64,000 bases of DNA from Moniliella sp. 'wahieum' (taxonomy: Eukaryota). This document shows positions 13,801-26,083 of this stretch, piece by piece. The translations under genes were made by a program, and so were the position numbers. The stretch lies in the NCBI GenBank assembly GCA_003971905.1, contig RSEE01000156.1, positions 1-64,000 of the forward strand, in the 5' to 3' direction. How positions within the stretch are numbered: position 1 is the stretch's first letter; every line of letters begins with the position of its first letter. The notes below the pieces were generated by a model. The model saw only the letters and a program-made list of their open reading frames with translations, did not search any database and was not told the DNA's origin.

Positions 13801-16493
13801 CCCATGTACTATCTTGCTCTCTCGGTTCATCCCTCGGCTTCCACATGTAACAACCTCGGGATCATCCTTTCCTCCATCCCCGTCTCTACCACCATCTATG
13901 CCTCGGGACAAGCCAAGATGGTGTCGGGCCAGACCTTGGCGTTGCACTACTACCAACACGGCCTTCACTTGGACCCCAATCACCCCCATCTCTACACCAA
14001 CCTGGGCAGCTTGATCAAAGAACTGGGCAACCTCCCGGAAGCGATCCGGATGTACACCAAGGCGGTCGAGTGCAACCCAGTGTTTGATGTGGCACTGGCC
14101 AACCTGGGCAACGCAATCAAAGATCAAGGCCGGACCCAAGATTCAGTAGTCTATTACCGTCGTGCTGTGGCAGCCAACCCCAACTTCCCTGAGGCCTTGT
14201 GCGGACTGGTCAATGCGCTGTTGGCCATTGCTCGTGGGAGGACGTGTACGGAGGACCGAGGTTGATGGACCGGGTGGTGCAGCTGGTCAACCGACAGCTG
14301 GACGAAGGGAGAGTGTATGGGGCCGGTCTGCTGCCTCGGATGCTCCGCCACAAGTTTGGCTCACTCGGATCTTGGCCACATTTGGCGACTACTCGCCGTT
14401 GGCCCAGGCCGAATGGGGTCGGAAACTTGAGGTCCTCTTTGCTTCGTCCCCCTTGTCCGTCCAGGGCGCTAGTGCCCGTCCGGTGATGGCAGAAGGATCG
14501 TTCTTGCTTCGTGTGGCGGAACGTGGTGCGCGACGGGCCATGCGGCGATGGTACCTTGACTGTGCCAGGGCGAGCCAACAACAGAATACACTGATTGTTC
14601 CGCAGCGGCAACTGCACAAAGCGCACAAGTACCCTCGCATTCCGTTGCCGGCACGGATGGTGTCGGTGGGTGGTACCGACGGTGCTGCCGTTCCATACGT
14701 TTACCTATCCCCTCCCTGCCCGGCAAATCCGGTTGATCTGTCACCGCAGTGCGCTCCGTATCTCGCACGCCACCTTGGCCCAAGGGTGGGTCCCACACAC
14801 GTGTATCCCCCGCCGGCCATGCCATGGGGCGACTCAAGGTGGGCTACATCAGTTCGGACTTTAACAACCATCCGCTTGCCCATTTGATGCAGAGTTGTTT
14901 TGGCATGCATGACCATACGCGATTCGAAGTATTTTGCTATGCCACCACGCCGCCGGACGGATCGCCGTACCGGCGCAAGATCGAGGCGGAAGCCGAGCAC
15001 TTTCTCGATGTGTCGGGCTGGGCTAACGAGGTGTTGGTCCAACGGATCGTTTCGGATGGCATCCACATCTTGGTCAACCTCAATGGCTACACCAAGGGCG
15101 CGCGGAACGAAGTGTTTGCCGCTCGGCCGTCGCCGTCCAGGTAGAGTTTATGGGTTTGCTGGGGCCTTGGTATCAGGCTGGACGATTGGATCGTGGCTGA
15201 TCCCATTGCTTGTCCTCCCGAAATGACGTCGCCCACCCAAGCCCGCTTGGCCAGCTCTTCCTCTTCTTCCCTGGCCAGTGCGGCGGATTTTGTAGGGGAC
15301 TTGGACCCCGAGGGAGCACGAGAGGATTGGGTGTACAGCGAACGGTTCATCTACATGCCCCACTCGTACTTTGTTACCGACCACAAACAAGGCTTTCGCG
15401 AGCCCGAAACCAACTTGCCCCTATCTTTGCCCCTTACGCCCGATGCGCTTTGGGCCGAAGAGGAACGCAAACGATGGTTGGCACGACGGGAACTGTTCCC
15501 CCACCTGCCAGAGGAGTATGTCATCTTTACCTGTTCCTGCCAACTGTACAAGATTGATCCTACCTTGTTTGACTTATGGCTGCGCATCCTTCGTCGCGTC
15601 CCGCACTCTATCTTGTGGCTACTCAAGTTCCCCGCCGCAGGCGTGGACCACTTGCAACGCGCCGCCCGCTTGAGCGCCGGGGACGACGTGGCAGCGCGCA
15701 TCGTATTTACCGACGTGGCACCCAAAGACGTCCACATCCACCGCGGCCGCATCGCCGACTTGTTCCTCGACACGACCGAATGTAATGCCCACACGACCGC
15801 GGCCGACGTACTCTGGTCCGGCACACCCGTGCTCACCTGGCCCAAGCACCACCACAAAATGTGCTCGCGCGTCGCAGCGTCCATTGTGACCGCGACGGGC
15901 ACAGGCGCGCAGTTGGTCACCCACTCGGCCCAAGAGTACGAAGACCGCGCGGTCCAACTCGCCTTGGGCGTGCGGTACACGTATTTGGACGCCTGCGGGC
16001 AGAAGGTGGTCCCTCTTCCTACTCCTGCTCCTGCTTTGGTTCCTTCGGACCCGGTGGCTCCTTCCCCGCTTCGGCCTTGGCATGCAACCCTTCAGCTCCT
16101 ACGGCTGTCGCGCCCGGTGGCGTGCCCAGCGCAGGACGCCCCGTTCCTGCAGGCAATGCCGCCGTCGCTGGCACCAGCAACAGCAGCAGCAACTGGTTGG
16201 AGCACGTTACTTGCCGCGCGGCGCTGCGGCGCCGTGGCGGCGGTGACGCGGCAGGGCGAGGGCGAGCTGGTGGAGCTGCGTCGGTTCTTGTTCTTGTCGC
16301 GGGACTCGTCGGCGTTGTTTGACACGCAGGGCTGGATGCGCTCGTTGGAGCGCGGGCTGGAGGAGGCGTGGCGGCGCTGGGTCGCTGGCACGGATGCGGA
16401 GGATACGCCGAGTACCGCGCCTTGCCCCCGGACGCGCCGGAGCGCATCAGCCCGCACATCTGGGTCGACCAGCCGGTGCGGCCGAGTGGGTAG
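10820..16493 (+). CDS. OGT: O-GlcNAc transferase-like protein (TPR repeats + GT41 catalytic domain)
   Basis: TPR motifs ([38 protein letters not shown]); GT41 motifs [55 protein letters not shown]. Intron 11744-11852. Multiple frameshifts; both ends approximate. Confidence 0.88.
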
Positions 16494-16726
16494 GCGAGGA
16501 TCCAATGGAACAGATCAGAGGCATGGGTACTGACTTGGTGATATATACTGGGAGGGATGGGGCACGTGATGCGGACACGTGATGGGGGCGATGCGAGTGC
16601 GTTAGGTAAGCAGCAGGCGTGGGAAGCGGACGGCGTGCGAGTGGGACAGGCGAGGACGAGGGCGTGCTCGTCGTGTGACCAGCGTGCTCCACGTCTGCTC
16701 GGCGCTGTCCTCGGCTTGTTGCTGCC

Positions 16727-19700
16727 ATGCCGCCGCCGCGCTCGTCCAGCGGCTCGGTCCACACGCCCGGACGCGTCCTGGACCACAGCACCTCCCCGCA
16801 CCTCTCCGCCTGTCCTTCCTCAGCTCCGAGCCCCACACGCGCACCAGCGCCTCCACCCGCTCCACCCGCGCCTCCACCCGCGCCTCCACCCCGCCCCCGC
16901 CCTCCCACTCCCGCTCCCGCCCCGCCTCGCCCCTCCTCTCGCCCCCACCACCGCCCGCCACGCACCCAGCCGCTCCGTCTCGCCCCTCTTCCCCGCCCCT
17001 CCCCGAGCTCGGCCTCGGCCTCACCCTCGGCCCCCCGCCCCCCGACGACTACTTCTCCTTCGTCTCCTCCTCGCCCCGCCCCGCCCCATCCGCATCACCG
17101 CCCACTCCATCGACAGCGCTCGCGAACAGCTTGCGCTGCCCACCGTACGTCCCCCCCCCGCCCCCTCCCGTGCGGATGAACACGCGCCATCTGACCTGCC
17201 TTCCCCCACCTTGTGCAGAACCCGTCTCCCATCTCGTCCTTTCCCGCATTGACAGCCCCCACCTAGTCGATTTCTTGCAAGAACACTGCCTACTCTTGCA
17301 CCGAGCCTCCTGTGCGTATCTTGCAGACCTTCTTCCTGCTCTCCCGTTTTGCTTTTCTTCTCCTTGCTGACCATCGTGGGCATGTGTTTCAGTGTGCTCA
17401 AGATCGATAGATGCCACCTTACCAAACTGCCTCTCTCCCTGGGGCTCTGCACGGTGCTGGAGGAACTCGACATTTCCCACAACCCGCTCCGAACTTCCTG
17501 CCTCGGTTGCCCACCTGCACACCCTCCGCGTCCTTCTCGCCGACAACGCGGGCTGGAGAGCCTGCCAAGCTGGCTGGGGGATCTGATCACCTAAGGTCTT
17601 GTCGGCCAGCCAAAATGCGCTGACTCATCTGCCGCCTACCTGCATCAACTTGTCCACCTCGAGCGTCTCAACCTCGATCGCAACCCTTGGGCTCCCTCTT
17701 GGGCCGTCGTGGCAGCCATCGTGCATGGCCCCCTGGACCGGCCTGACTTACCTTCGGCCAGTCGGTCGTCTGTCGCGCTCGACAGCAGCTGCGGAGAGGA
17801 TGAGGTTGACGTCGCCACCAGCCCGCCGTCTGTTGCGCCCAGCAAGACCACCTCGGATCTTGTCGGCGATGCGGCCCAAACGGTCGCTGGGGATCTCAAA
17901 CAGGGAGTCAAGGCCCAACGAAGCTCCATCTCTCTCCATGGCCTGGGCGCACGACGAGCCTCCAGTTCCAAGGGATTGAGCCGCCCTAACACGCCTGTAC
18001 AGTCGCATCCAAAGGCCGCCATTCGCTCGGCTTGTCCGACGAAAAGGACCGATCTAAATGGAGCTTTTCTGCGCAAGCCAAAGGGCCTCAAACTTGAGCC
18101 ACCGCCGTTGCCCTTCCCCTTCCCCCGCAGTCTGTCTAATACCTTTTTGGGCACACCCAAGTCCGAGCGTTCATCGCATTTGGATCTTGCTCCTGCTCCT
18201 GCTCCTGCGCCTTCGGCATCGGCATCGGCATCGGCATCGGCATCGGCTTCGTCTTCGGCCTTGGCTTCTACGTCAACCACTTGTCTTCCTTCAGGTGTGA
18301 CCGCCACTTCTTCCGCTCCTCTCACTCCCCTCGATATCCGACGCTTTTCAGGCTTCAACTTTTGGGAAGAGCTCTCCCATCCAACTCCAGGTCATCGGAA
18401 CTGGAATCTCCCTTAACACTCCATTCTGTTCTCCCCGACCGAGCGTCGATCGGAAAGTCGTCCCCTGTCACCCACACCATACCACCGTCCCGAAAAAACC
18501 GTTGCGTCACTCACACCTCAGTCATACCTCGGATTATGATGATGATGTCTGGACTCATCGACAGATGGTTGAACACCGAGCCGACATTAAACATCTCCTC
18601 TCTTACTTGCGTGATATGCACGACCTGCAGCTCGCTCAGCATGCTCACCAAGCCTCCACCCTCGCGCCACCCACCCTCCTTCCACCTCCTTTCATACCCC
18701 GTCCGATTTGCGGCGGTCCACAGGGCCCGAGCCTGATGTGTTGTCCCCACCCTTGTTGGCTGACGAGAAACGGCGCGACGACCCTCTGCTCCGAGACGGA
18801 TCATCGAGGAGATTATCACATCCGAAGAGTCGTACGTGCGCGGGATGCAAGAGTTTATGGATGTCTATGTCGCTGCGGCGCAACAGCCTGAACCTCCCTC
18901 GACAACTCCGACCATTCCGATGGCAGAGCAACATATCGTCTTTGGCAACTTGCCTGTTCTCTCTCATTTCCACACCACAACCTTTTTGCCTGCGCTGCAG
19001 GCTGCCAGCCAAGCCCTTGAGACGGACCCGACGGCTGTCGATGCTGCCGAACAGGTGGCCGAGGTTTCTTCATCATTCGGCCTTCTTCTCCATGTACACG
19101 ACCTACATTAACAACTGCGACTGGCCCAACACCTCGCGGCATTGTGGGATGCTCAGACGGTGCCTCCGGCCGTTGAGGCGCGGTTAGCAGCCCTGCTGCA
19201 CGCCCGACCTCGACCACCACGCCTGCCTTGTCACCCGTCACAACACCTATCGAACTGGTTTCCTCCTTTCGGCGCCGTCAGGGGACCTGTCTCGACCCGT
19301 TTCGCCTCTTACTCCATCCATGACCTCGAGTCTCACCACTTCCAGTTTAAACCCCGCAAGCCTGGCACCCCTCCTGACATCAGGCAAGTCGTCTCGCGTG
19401 TGGCTCTCGGCAAAAGTGCACGTAAGGCTCGGCAAAAGTACTTGCGCAAATGTGCTGCCGACCCACGTAGGACGCACATGTCCATCGAGTCGTACCTGAT
19501 GCTCCCGGTTCAACGCGTGCCGCGTTACAGACTACTATTGGAGGCTCTGGTGCGTGCCACGCCCGCCTCGGTGCCAGTTCTCGGTCGACGAGCATGGCCA
19601 GTACCGACCCATCGTCGTCCCTGTGCCCCATCCGGCATCAACGTCCACGCCCTTGGGCTCAGGACCGCTCCAGTCCAGTCCTCGCAGCGCCCTCATCTCT

Positions 19701-20602
19701 CTTTCGGAACCATGGATTGCCACGGCGGCCGCGTTTGTCTCGGTGATGGATGCCGCCGAGGCAGGCCTGGACATGGACTGGAACTTGGACCTGGTCTACG
19801 ATAGTCATCGTCACACCTCGTGCGTAAGCCCAACGAGCGCACCAAGGCGGTAGCCGTCCCAGCTGCCCCGCTCAGCCGGCTGGATCGGCATTGGTTCAAG
19901 TGCGTGAACTGGCGCATACCATCAACGAATCCAAGCGCTCCGCCGAGCAGACGCGACGCTTGACCGAATGGGCAGCTCGGATCGTAGGTAGCTTCCCCTC
20001 GCCGTTGGTCCAGCCGCACCGGCACCTGATCCGAGATGGCGTTGTGGTTCTGCGCAAGATGGTTCGGCTCGGGACGGAACCGCATCCGACTCGCCCCTCT
20101 GTCCTGCTGCCCACGCTGGAACAGACGGTGGTCGATCAACCTCTTGTGCTTCTCTTGTGCTCTGACCTGGCTGTCTTTCTCCAAGCTCGTCCTGACGGCG
20201 TACCGCTGCTGCGCGCGGGGGAAGAAGCTGCGGCCCAAGCCGCTGCGACCGAAGCTGTGGCTGGTCTGCCCCCTGCCCAAGGACCCACCTCCACGTCGAA
20301 ACCTGCATCTGCACCATTACTTCCGCCTCCTGACTCGGCAGGCCCGTTGCTCCAAGCGACGCAGATGGTGTTGGAGTTGTTTGCCGTGTTGCGTGCCGAT
20401 GGCTCTGCCATCCCCTTCCGCTTCCGCTTCCGCTACCGCTTCCGCTGCCACCGACGCACCGGCGTGTGTGTTTGGCCGCGTGGAACGCGTGGATAAGTTG
20501 ACGGTACGCATCGTGCACCAGTCCAAGCTGTTTTTGCTTTCGGCCCAGTCGGCCGGGGATGCAGAGGCTTGGGTCGCCGCGTTTCATCGTGCGCACGAGT
20601 GA
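16727..20602 (+). CDS. Rho guanine nucleotide exchange factor with N-terminal LRRs (LRR-DH-PH)
   Basis: LRRs at 17390-17700 (LKIDRCHLTKLP, LEELDISHNPL, LESLPSWLG); DH motifs EEIITSEESYV, IVFGNL, IESYLMLPVQRVPRYRLLLEAL, INESKR; PH C-terminal helix AEAWVAAF. Frameshifted; start approximate. Confidence 0.78.
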
Positions 20603-23600
20603 TTCGTGATTCGTGATTCATGGCTTGCCTTCCAGTCTGAAATCAGGAATCAGGAATCGGGGATCAGGATCGTGGGGTTCCTTTTTTCATTCGTCGGTCG
20701 CCCCTTGTCTTTTGTCGTTCGTCGGTCGTCATTCGTCATTCGTCATTCGTCTTTTTCTTTCGTTTTCTGGCCTCTTTCGTCCGCTCTTTGCAAGCCTGGG
20801 GGTCCCTTTGCTGTATCTCCCTTGGCTTGCTGCTTCGCCCTCTTCTTTGCGGGCGCCTGGCTGTGTCGGTGCCCCCCCCTCATCCTCTTTCTTCTTTCGC
20901 GCTTCGCGTTTCGTGTTTTCGCGTTTCTTCCTTTTTCTTATCTTCCTGCCTTTCTTGGCCGTCGGCCTCTCATGCCCTGCTACGTCCCCGCCGCATCATC
21001 CATTCTCCATCCCTTGTTTATGAATATGACCCACCCTCCTTTGTGCGGTTCTCGGCCAACCCGCTTCACGACCCATCTCCCCCCGTGGTACCTGCGGGAT
21101 GCGACGATGCGATGCACCTCTGCTGCAGCACCTTTTTCTGTGTTTGGGGCTTCTGTCTGGGCTTCTTGGTTCTGCCTTCCCGCATTCTCTCCACCTGAGT
21201 TGTATGCGCCAAGCACTACGGACCAAACTCCGTGCCCTCAATACACTCCGTGCGCGTTCTGCTTGGACCTTCCCATCCCCTCGTCCCCTTTCCTCCCATT
21301 TTTTTCTCTACTTGCACTGGTACGGAAGAAAATAAAAAGAAACAGCTTTTCTGTCGTTTCGTTAGTTCTTGGAACACCCTCTCGTCCCCCTCCCGCTCCC
21401 GCTCCCCCGGCCTTATCTCTCGTTCTATACCCCTTCCCCCTTCCGCGATCTTTCTCTTACCCGGCGGCTGCCCTGGTGCTCTACTATCCCGTGCCCCGCA
21501 TGTTGCATTGCAGAACGCAAGCAGGCGGGGGCAGCTGGTGGGCCCCATATACGTCCGCCCACCGTGATGTCCTACGCCCTCTCCTTTCTCAATGCTACCT
21601 CATACCCTAGAATGCCTTCTCTTGTTTCGCTTATTGCTTGGTTTCCTTTGCTTCTCTTGCTTGGGTTCCGCGTTTCTTAGGTCCTGGCCAGTGACCAGTT
21701 CGCGTCCCCCGACCAGCCTCTCTCCTTTCTGCAGCGCTAGTGACAGACAACAGTTGCCTTTCCTCTCTTCTCGTTGTGGGGTTCGGGCTCGAGTTCGGGT
21801 TCTACTTCGAGTTCTACTTCGAGTTCTTCAGGGGGTTATGTAGTTGGTCTGTGTTTTTGTCTTGGCGTTTGAACGTTGAACCCACCCCATCATCCCATAT
21901 CCATCCACCCCCCCCCCCCCCCCCCCCCCCCGCCCCCTCCCCCCGCCTGTTTCCCAGTCCTTCCTGTGTCGATTTACCGTCACTGTGGGGTGTCGGCATA
22001 TAATGCAGCATCATGGTTATCGATTATCCATCATCTTTGCACCTTGCATCATGCCTCAATCCTCCCTCGCCGCCTATACCCCTTTTACCTCTATAGTACC
22101 GTTGTGTACACGAGGTTAATGGATTGGATTGATTGGGCATGACGATGGCCTTTGGACGAAGAGGGGAAGTATTGAACTCGCCGAGGTCAAGGGACAGATC
22201 CCACAAACTAAGTCTGAAGTCAGGATGTCAGCCTACCACCTCCACAAATAGGCATCAGTCGATGACCGGTGGCCATGTCAGCGTGATTCCTGGACCGTTT
22301 CGGCATTAGTATTCCTTCCGTCGCAACTGTAAAATCCTGTCATGGGGGGGGTCCCGAGGTGGGACCCCCCATGTGGTTTAGGGGTATAAACCCTTGGCAG
22401 ATCAATCGGTGGCTCGTACGTTAGTTCCTGATCCAGATCCTGGTTGAACGTTGAACGTTGAACCGAGGGGTGTAGAGGCGAGAGAGAGACCCTTAGTAGT
22501 TTGGGTGGCTGCCTGCGGGCAAAGGCCGCAGTCCAGACCCTCCGAGGTAGGAGCCACGTACGTCGTTGGTCGTTAGACCAGCTGAAGGGGTCCAGGAGCT
22601 CCGAAGTTACTCTGTTCCTCGCAGCGTTACCACACTCGGTACGCTGTAGCTGGCGGGAACAGAAAGAGTCCTAAAGAGCAAGCGCTAGTGATGAGAGTAA
22701 CCGCGGCTTGCAGTGCACTCGAAGTAAGTTGTAAATTCGTAAGCGTAAGGGTGGTAGAAGGTGGAAGGGCGAGAGAGGAACTGCTAGTCGGGGAGACCAA
22801 AGGTAGAAGACAGGATGGTCGACAAGGACCACAGCTAGCAAGCCTTAAACATGGCTGCTTTTATATACAGCAGAAGGGACCAGGCCTCAAGTGCCTCATG
22901 ACATGCATGACAGGTATAGACAGAATGCGGGGCACTTCCCGAGAGGTAAAGACTAATGCACAGCCCTTGCTCTCCAAGGCGCTAACGATGCGTAGTCGGG
23001 CCCAGCAGGAAGGGTTCGGACAAGACTGGACGCAATGGGCACAAAGCATCGTACCGATAAGCCCATGCGACCATGGCGGGCCGCGGAGGATATCCGCAGC
23101 AGTATAAGGTGTCGACTGGCTCTCTCTCGCTATAGTCTCCCCGGACTGACGCGTGTTGGGCTGAGATGTCTACCACATGCGGGGCTCAGCGTCCGAAGAT
23201 AACCGGAGCGCCCCGTAACAAATCCCGTCCGTCGCCCCATAACCTGGACGCCATCTTGCCGCGAATTCGCCTGACGAATCCCCCCTCCCCACGGACGAGT
23301 ATATCACGCCCGGCATTTGTCCATTGAGATGAGCCTCATCAGTTGGGCTGCCCAGAACATAGCAGCCATCCGCACCTCGCGTTGGCGGTCCACCAGTCAC
23401 CTCTCAGTCGCCATAGCAGCAAACCCTCGAAGGCCCAGGCCCATATAATGTTGCCGCCGCACATCATATATGTCCTGCGTTACGTGCGTAGCACATGGGA
23501 TTGGCGTCTTCGCTTGCACTACGCCACGAACCAGGCACCGCTTAGTGTCGTCCTTCACCTCGATAATATAGTGACTGGGGTGGCGACAAAGGTATACACG

Positions 23601-24517
23601 CCGCTCGCGCGGCCACCAGCATGGCCATTTTCGTTTTGAGTGCTGTCGTACAGTGCATTCGCGCACTCAAAAGGGAGCGTGACGTGTCCCCTGATGAGAC
23701 CTGGAGTCCTGATGGTCCTCGAGGGTGATGCAATCGCACTGGTGGTGGTGGTGTGGCAACCAGCAATGCCTACAGAGGAACATCAAGCAGCGAGTCGCCA
23801 TCAGGGGCTAAGCTGCGGGACAAGGAGGAAAACAGGAGAGGGGAAACAGCGGAACTCCTAGGCCTGAAGAGGAGCTGAAGGGACATTGGTAGCCACATGG
23901 CTAGCCCATGTATATCCACTCTGTTATCGTCTTCGTCTCTCCCCTTCTATATCTACCAGTCGGCTTAGCACTCCTCTGAATGAACAACACCTACTTCTCC
24001 TCCTCTCAGACCTCACCCCCTGACCAGATCTTCACGCACAGGCCACCCAAATATATTAGTAGAGAAGGGGCGGAGGGGCGAAAACTGTGGGGGAGAGTGT
24101 CTCGGATTATTGGGAAGATCTGATGGTAAAGTTTCGCCGAGCACGTTCGATACAGAGCTTGAAGGGGAAGAAATGATAATGCATTTCCATTCCTCCTCCA
24201 CCTGCATGTGGGCGGAAGTCCGTTTCATCAACATCAACCTACCACGAGCCAGGCATGAGCAGTATATATTCTGCTTCTTTACTAGCCCAATTCTCGAAAC
24301 GCGTATAACCAGCCAGCGGCGAAACCATGAACCATTGGGAAAGGTCACGTGGCGAGCTACGTAATGAAATTCGTCCTTAGTACTTAGTGAGCCCGGAGAT
24401 GTCACCCATGATGTGTGGTGTCATGCATGTCATCGACGAGAGACCGAAGATAGCGCTGAGCCTCCGCGCTGAGCGGGCCCAAAGCTTCGCGCGAGCTCCT
24501 CCACACACCTTGGACCA

Positions 24518-25179
24518 ATGTTGGTGTCGATGCGTCTGTCGGCGACGCGGCTTTCGCGTCAAGGGGCAGGGGCTGGGGAAGGGGTAGGGGCAAGAATACG
24601 AGCCGGAATAAGAGCCGAAGCGAGCCCTTCTTCCCGTGGACCAGCTTTGGTACAGCGCATGCTACCTGTTGCCATGCCGGCCCGGCAGATGCACGCTACG
24701 CCTGCGTGCGCGCTGCGCGCCAGCGCGCGGCAGGAGATGTTGTTACCCGGTCTGATTGGTGTGACGTTGGTGGGTGCCGGGCTTGCTGCACGGTTTTGGG
24801 CGGGCTCTTCGTCGGGCGGTCGGGTGTCGCGTCCGATGGGCCCGCGACAGGGCAAGTGGATTCGCGGTGGGTTCCAAACCAAGATGGACAAAAAGGAAGC
24901 GGCGGTGATTTTGGGGCTTCGGGAGGGCTCCTTGACCAAAGCCAAGGTCAAAGATGCTCATCGACGCATGATGATTGCCAATCATCCCGACCGAGGCGGA
25001 TCGCCTTACTTGGCTGCGAGTACGTCCTTGAGCCTCCAGTATCCTTTGCATATTTTGGGGTTCCTGGTTCTGTGTTAGTCTGACGGGGTTTTGTTCTTGT
25101 TCTTGTTCTTGTTGGTGGCGTTTCTTGTGCAGAAATCAACGAAGCCAAAGACCTGCTCGATAAGCACACGCCGCGGTGA
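24518..25179 (+). CDS. PAM18: Mitochondrial import motor J-protein PAM18/TIM14
   Basis: Arg-rich presequence-like N-terminus, TM helix, GGFQTKMDKKEAAVILG..AHRRMMIANHPDRGGSPYLAA; intron 25020-25132; final exon KINEAKDLL. Confidence 0.93.
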
Positions 25180-25545
25180 GTGTGCTTGAGCTCGGGGTGT
25201 GGCTCTCTTTGCCTAGCCCGTTGACTAGCTGCTTCTTGGACGGAAAGAGGCAGTAAGAAGCACCTCTTATTTCCTGGTACACATACCCTTGCTCTGCTGC
25301 ACCATCAGTCGTATGCCCCACCTCACCTTTGTCTGTGACTAGTGACTGCCCCCCACAGCTCATCTGCGAATCCAGAGAGAGTGCGTGTTTGCATGATGAA
25401 CGAGGTAGACAAACGAATCCAATGCGAGAGCCGGAAATTGAGCCCGGCCCAGAAGAGCACTAGCAACCGGCTCCACACGGGCTTCTGACAACAAGTACCA
25501 GCAAGGATCGAGCCTGAAGGCGGGTTTGGGGAGACATCTCTATTC

Positions 25546-26083
25546 TGAATCCATATCATTGACAGTGCTTAAGGCTGGGACAGGGAACCGCTATGCCTAA
25601 ACCGAACCATTCATCTTTGCGTGGGTTACTTGGTAGCGCCACCAATGTTAAGGAACCAGGGGGATCGCCAGGATATCAGGACCCTCAGGTGCTCGCCATC
25701 CGGTCCCGTACCCTAGGTAGCGCGTGTGAACACGGATGAACGTGGTAGACATCCGAGCGAGGAACCACATTTCCATTGAGACCCAGTAGCCAAATCCTTC
25801 CAATGCGCAAACATCTTTCCCGCTGCTTTGGTGCCGCAGTATCCTCACGTCGTCAAAACCAGGGGGAAAACCGGTTCTTGGTGCGTCCCTGGTACTTAGC
25901 ATTCTTGCCGCATTCTGCTTGTTCCACAGCAGCCGAAGCAGCTCCTTCTCCCGGCGTTCCAAAGGTGTCGCGGTGTTCTCATGCACCACCCTCCGGTACG
26001 CGCTCTGTGCCTCCTGAGATCCGGTGTCGCGCAGCGTGTGGTCCGCCTCCATTCCTGATCCTCCGATTGCTCTGGGCCCCATC
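25546..26083 (-). mobile_element. 5'-truncated, diverged 3' fragment of CRE/Cnl1-like non-LTR retrotransposon (copy A)
   Basis: Aligns by eye to the 3' end of copies B and C (DHTLRDTGSQEAQSAYRRVVHE...WFLARMST) and shares the terminal CCAGCCTTAAGC.CTGTCAATGATATG.ATTCA; many substitutions. Confidence 0.88.

Noticed and set aside
20606..21610. 334-aa hydrophobic ORF
   Set aside because: Pyrimidine-rich 3'-flank sequence giving an F/S/L/P-biased translation with no recognisable domain.
22376..22393. Telomerase RNA template (CCCCTAAACC on the minus strand)
   Set aside because: The telomere repeat is unknown, redundancy is only 2 nt, and no pseudoknot or CR4/5 could be identified.
22606..22701. 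HDV-like ribozyme suggested by TCCTCGC and a P2-like pairing
   Set aside because: No upstream P1 partner, no GG after P1', and no catalytic J4/2 motif.
22688..22746. Canonical hammerhead ribozyme
   Set aside because: The core reads GUGAUGA/GAAG instead of CUGANGA/GAAA and stem III is not well formed.
23170..24405. Short ORFs upstream of PAM18 (and 26290-26676)
   Set aside because: No recognisable motifs or coherent exon structure; they may be decayed relics but this cannot be supported.
25394..25489. Box C (ATGATGA) to box D (CTGA) snoRNA candidate
   Set aside because: Minimal terminal stem, no clear C'/D' boxes and no convincing rRNA guide complementarity.
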